A stretch of DNA of 64,000 bases from Dictyostelium discoideum. Its lineage: Eukaryota. Below are positions 63,837 through 64,000 of this stretch, one piece after another. The notes beneath the pieces were generated by a model. It worked only from the letters and a program-made list of their open reading frames with translations. It had not been told where the DNA came from and did no database searches. The stretch covers positions 1,888,001-1,952,000 of the forward strand of contig CM000151.3 in assembly GCA_000004695.1 (NCBI GenBank). Direction: 5' to 3'. Position 1 is the stretch's first letter. Each line of letters opens with the position of its first letter. Both the position numbers and the translations under genes were made by a program.

Positions 63837-64000
63837 TTTTAATTTTTTAAAAAAAAATATATTTTTGTGATTAAAAAAACAAAAAATATAATAAATTAAA
63901 TGATTTCTGTTATTAGAAAAATAATTAAAAAAAAAAAAAAAAAAAAAAGAAAAGAGAGAAAAGAAAAAAATGAATAGAAAAAGTAAAAAAATATTAATAT

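Overview
This 64 kb window is AT-rich (~78% A+T) eukaryotic nuclear DNA with the hallmarks of a dictyostelid social amoeba, most likely Dictyostelium discoideum. Introns are short (70-120 bp), AT-rich and run GTAAGT/GTATGT...AG. Coding regions carry homopolymeric Asn/Gln/Thr/Ser tracts, codons mostly end in A/T, and intergenic DNA is full of dA/dT runs. I found no rRNA, tRNA or CRISPR array and nothing prokaryotic. The region is gene-dense, about 30 protein-coding loci on both strands, several with hand-derived exon joins.

Genes I recognise with confidence:
- A BCAS3 orthologue, three exons, about 1209 aa.
- A head-to-head pair of 26S proteasome genes, PSMD5 (assembly chaperone) and PSMD14/Rpn11 (JAMM deubiquitinase).
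- A nucleoplasmin-like acidic protein.
- A PhyH-like 2OG-Fe(II) oxygenase.
- FRA10AC1, an AlaX-like tRNA-editing protein, NAT9 and EEF1AKMT1/EFM5.
- A giant (~4494 aa) SZT2/KICSTOR orthologue.
- An IFI6/IFI27-family protein.
- A purple-acid-phosphatase-like metallophosphoesterase with an N-terminal multi-pass membrane domain.
- A TALE-class homeobox protein.

Accessory-looking content:
- A class I terpene synthase sits immediately downstream, on the same strand, of a cytochrome P450 that lies in a ~2.5 kb segmental duplication. One P450 copy is intact with seven exons. The other is a 5'-truncated, frameshifted pseudogene. An odd GC-richer non-coding island lies between the copies.
- An Hsp70(HSPA12)-like ATPase gene is fused to a C-terminal vWA/MIDAS domain. 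It carries one in-frame TAA and two homopolymer frameshifts, so it is probably a pseudogene. A duplicated 3' fragment lies downstream.
- Two divergently transcribed paralogues encode helix / hydrophobic Gly-zipper hairpin / helix membrane proteins. One starts with an N-myristoylation consensus.
- A decayed pseudogene with no intact ORF lies at about 14.9-15.9 kb.
- Two further partial gene-fragment duplications are present.

Splice joins were worked out by eye and may be off by a nucleotide or two. Where the text and the ORF track disagreed by 1 nt I followed the track.
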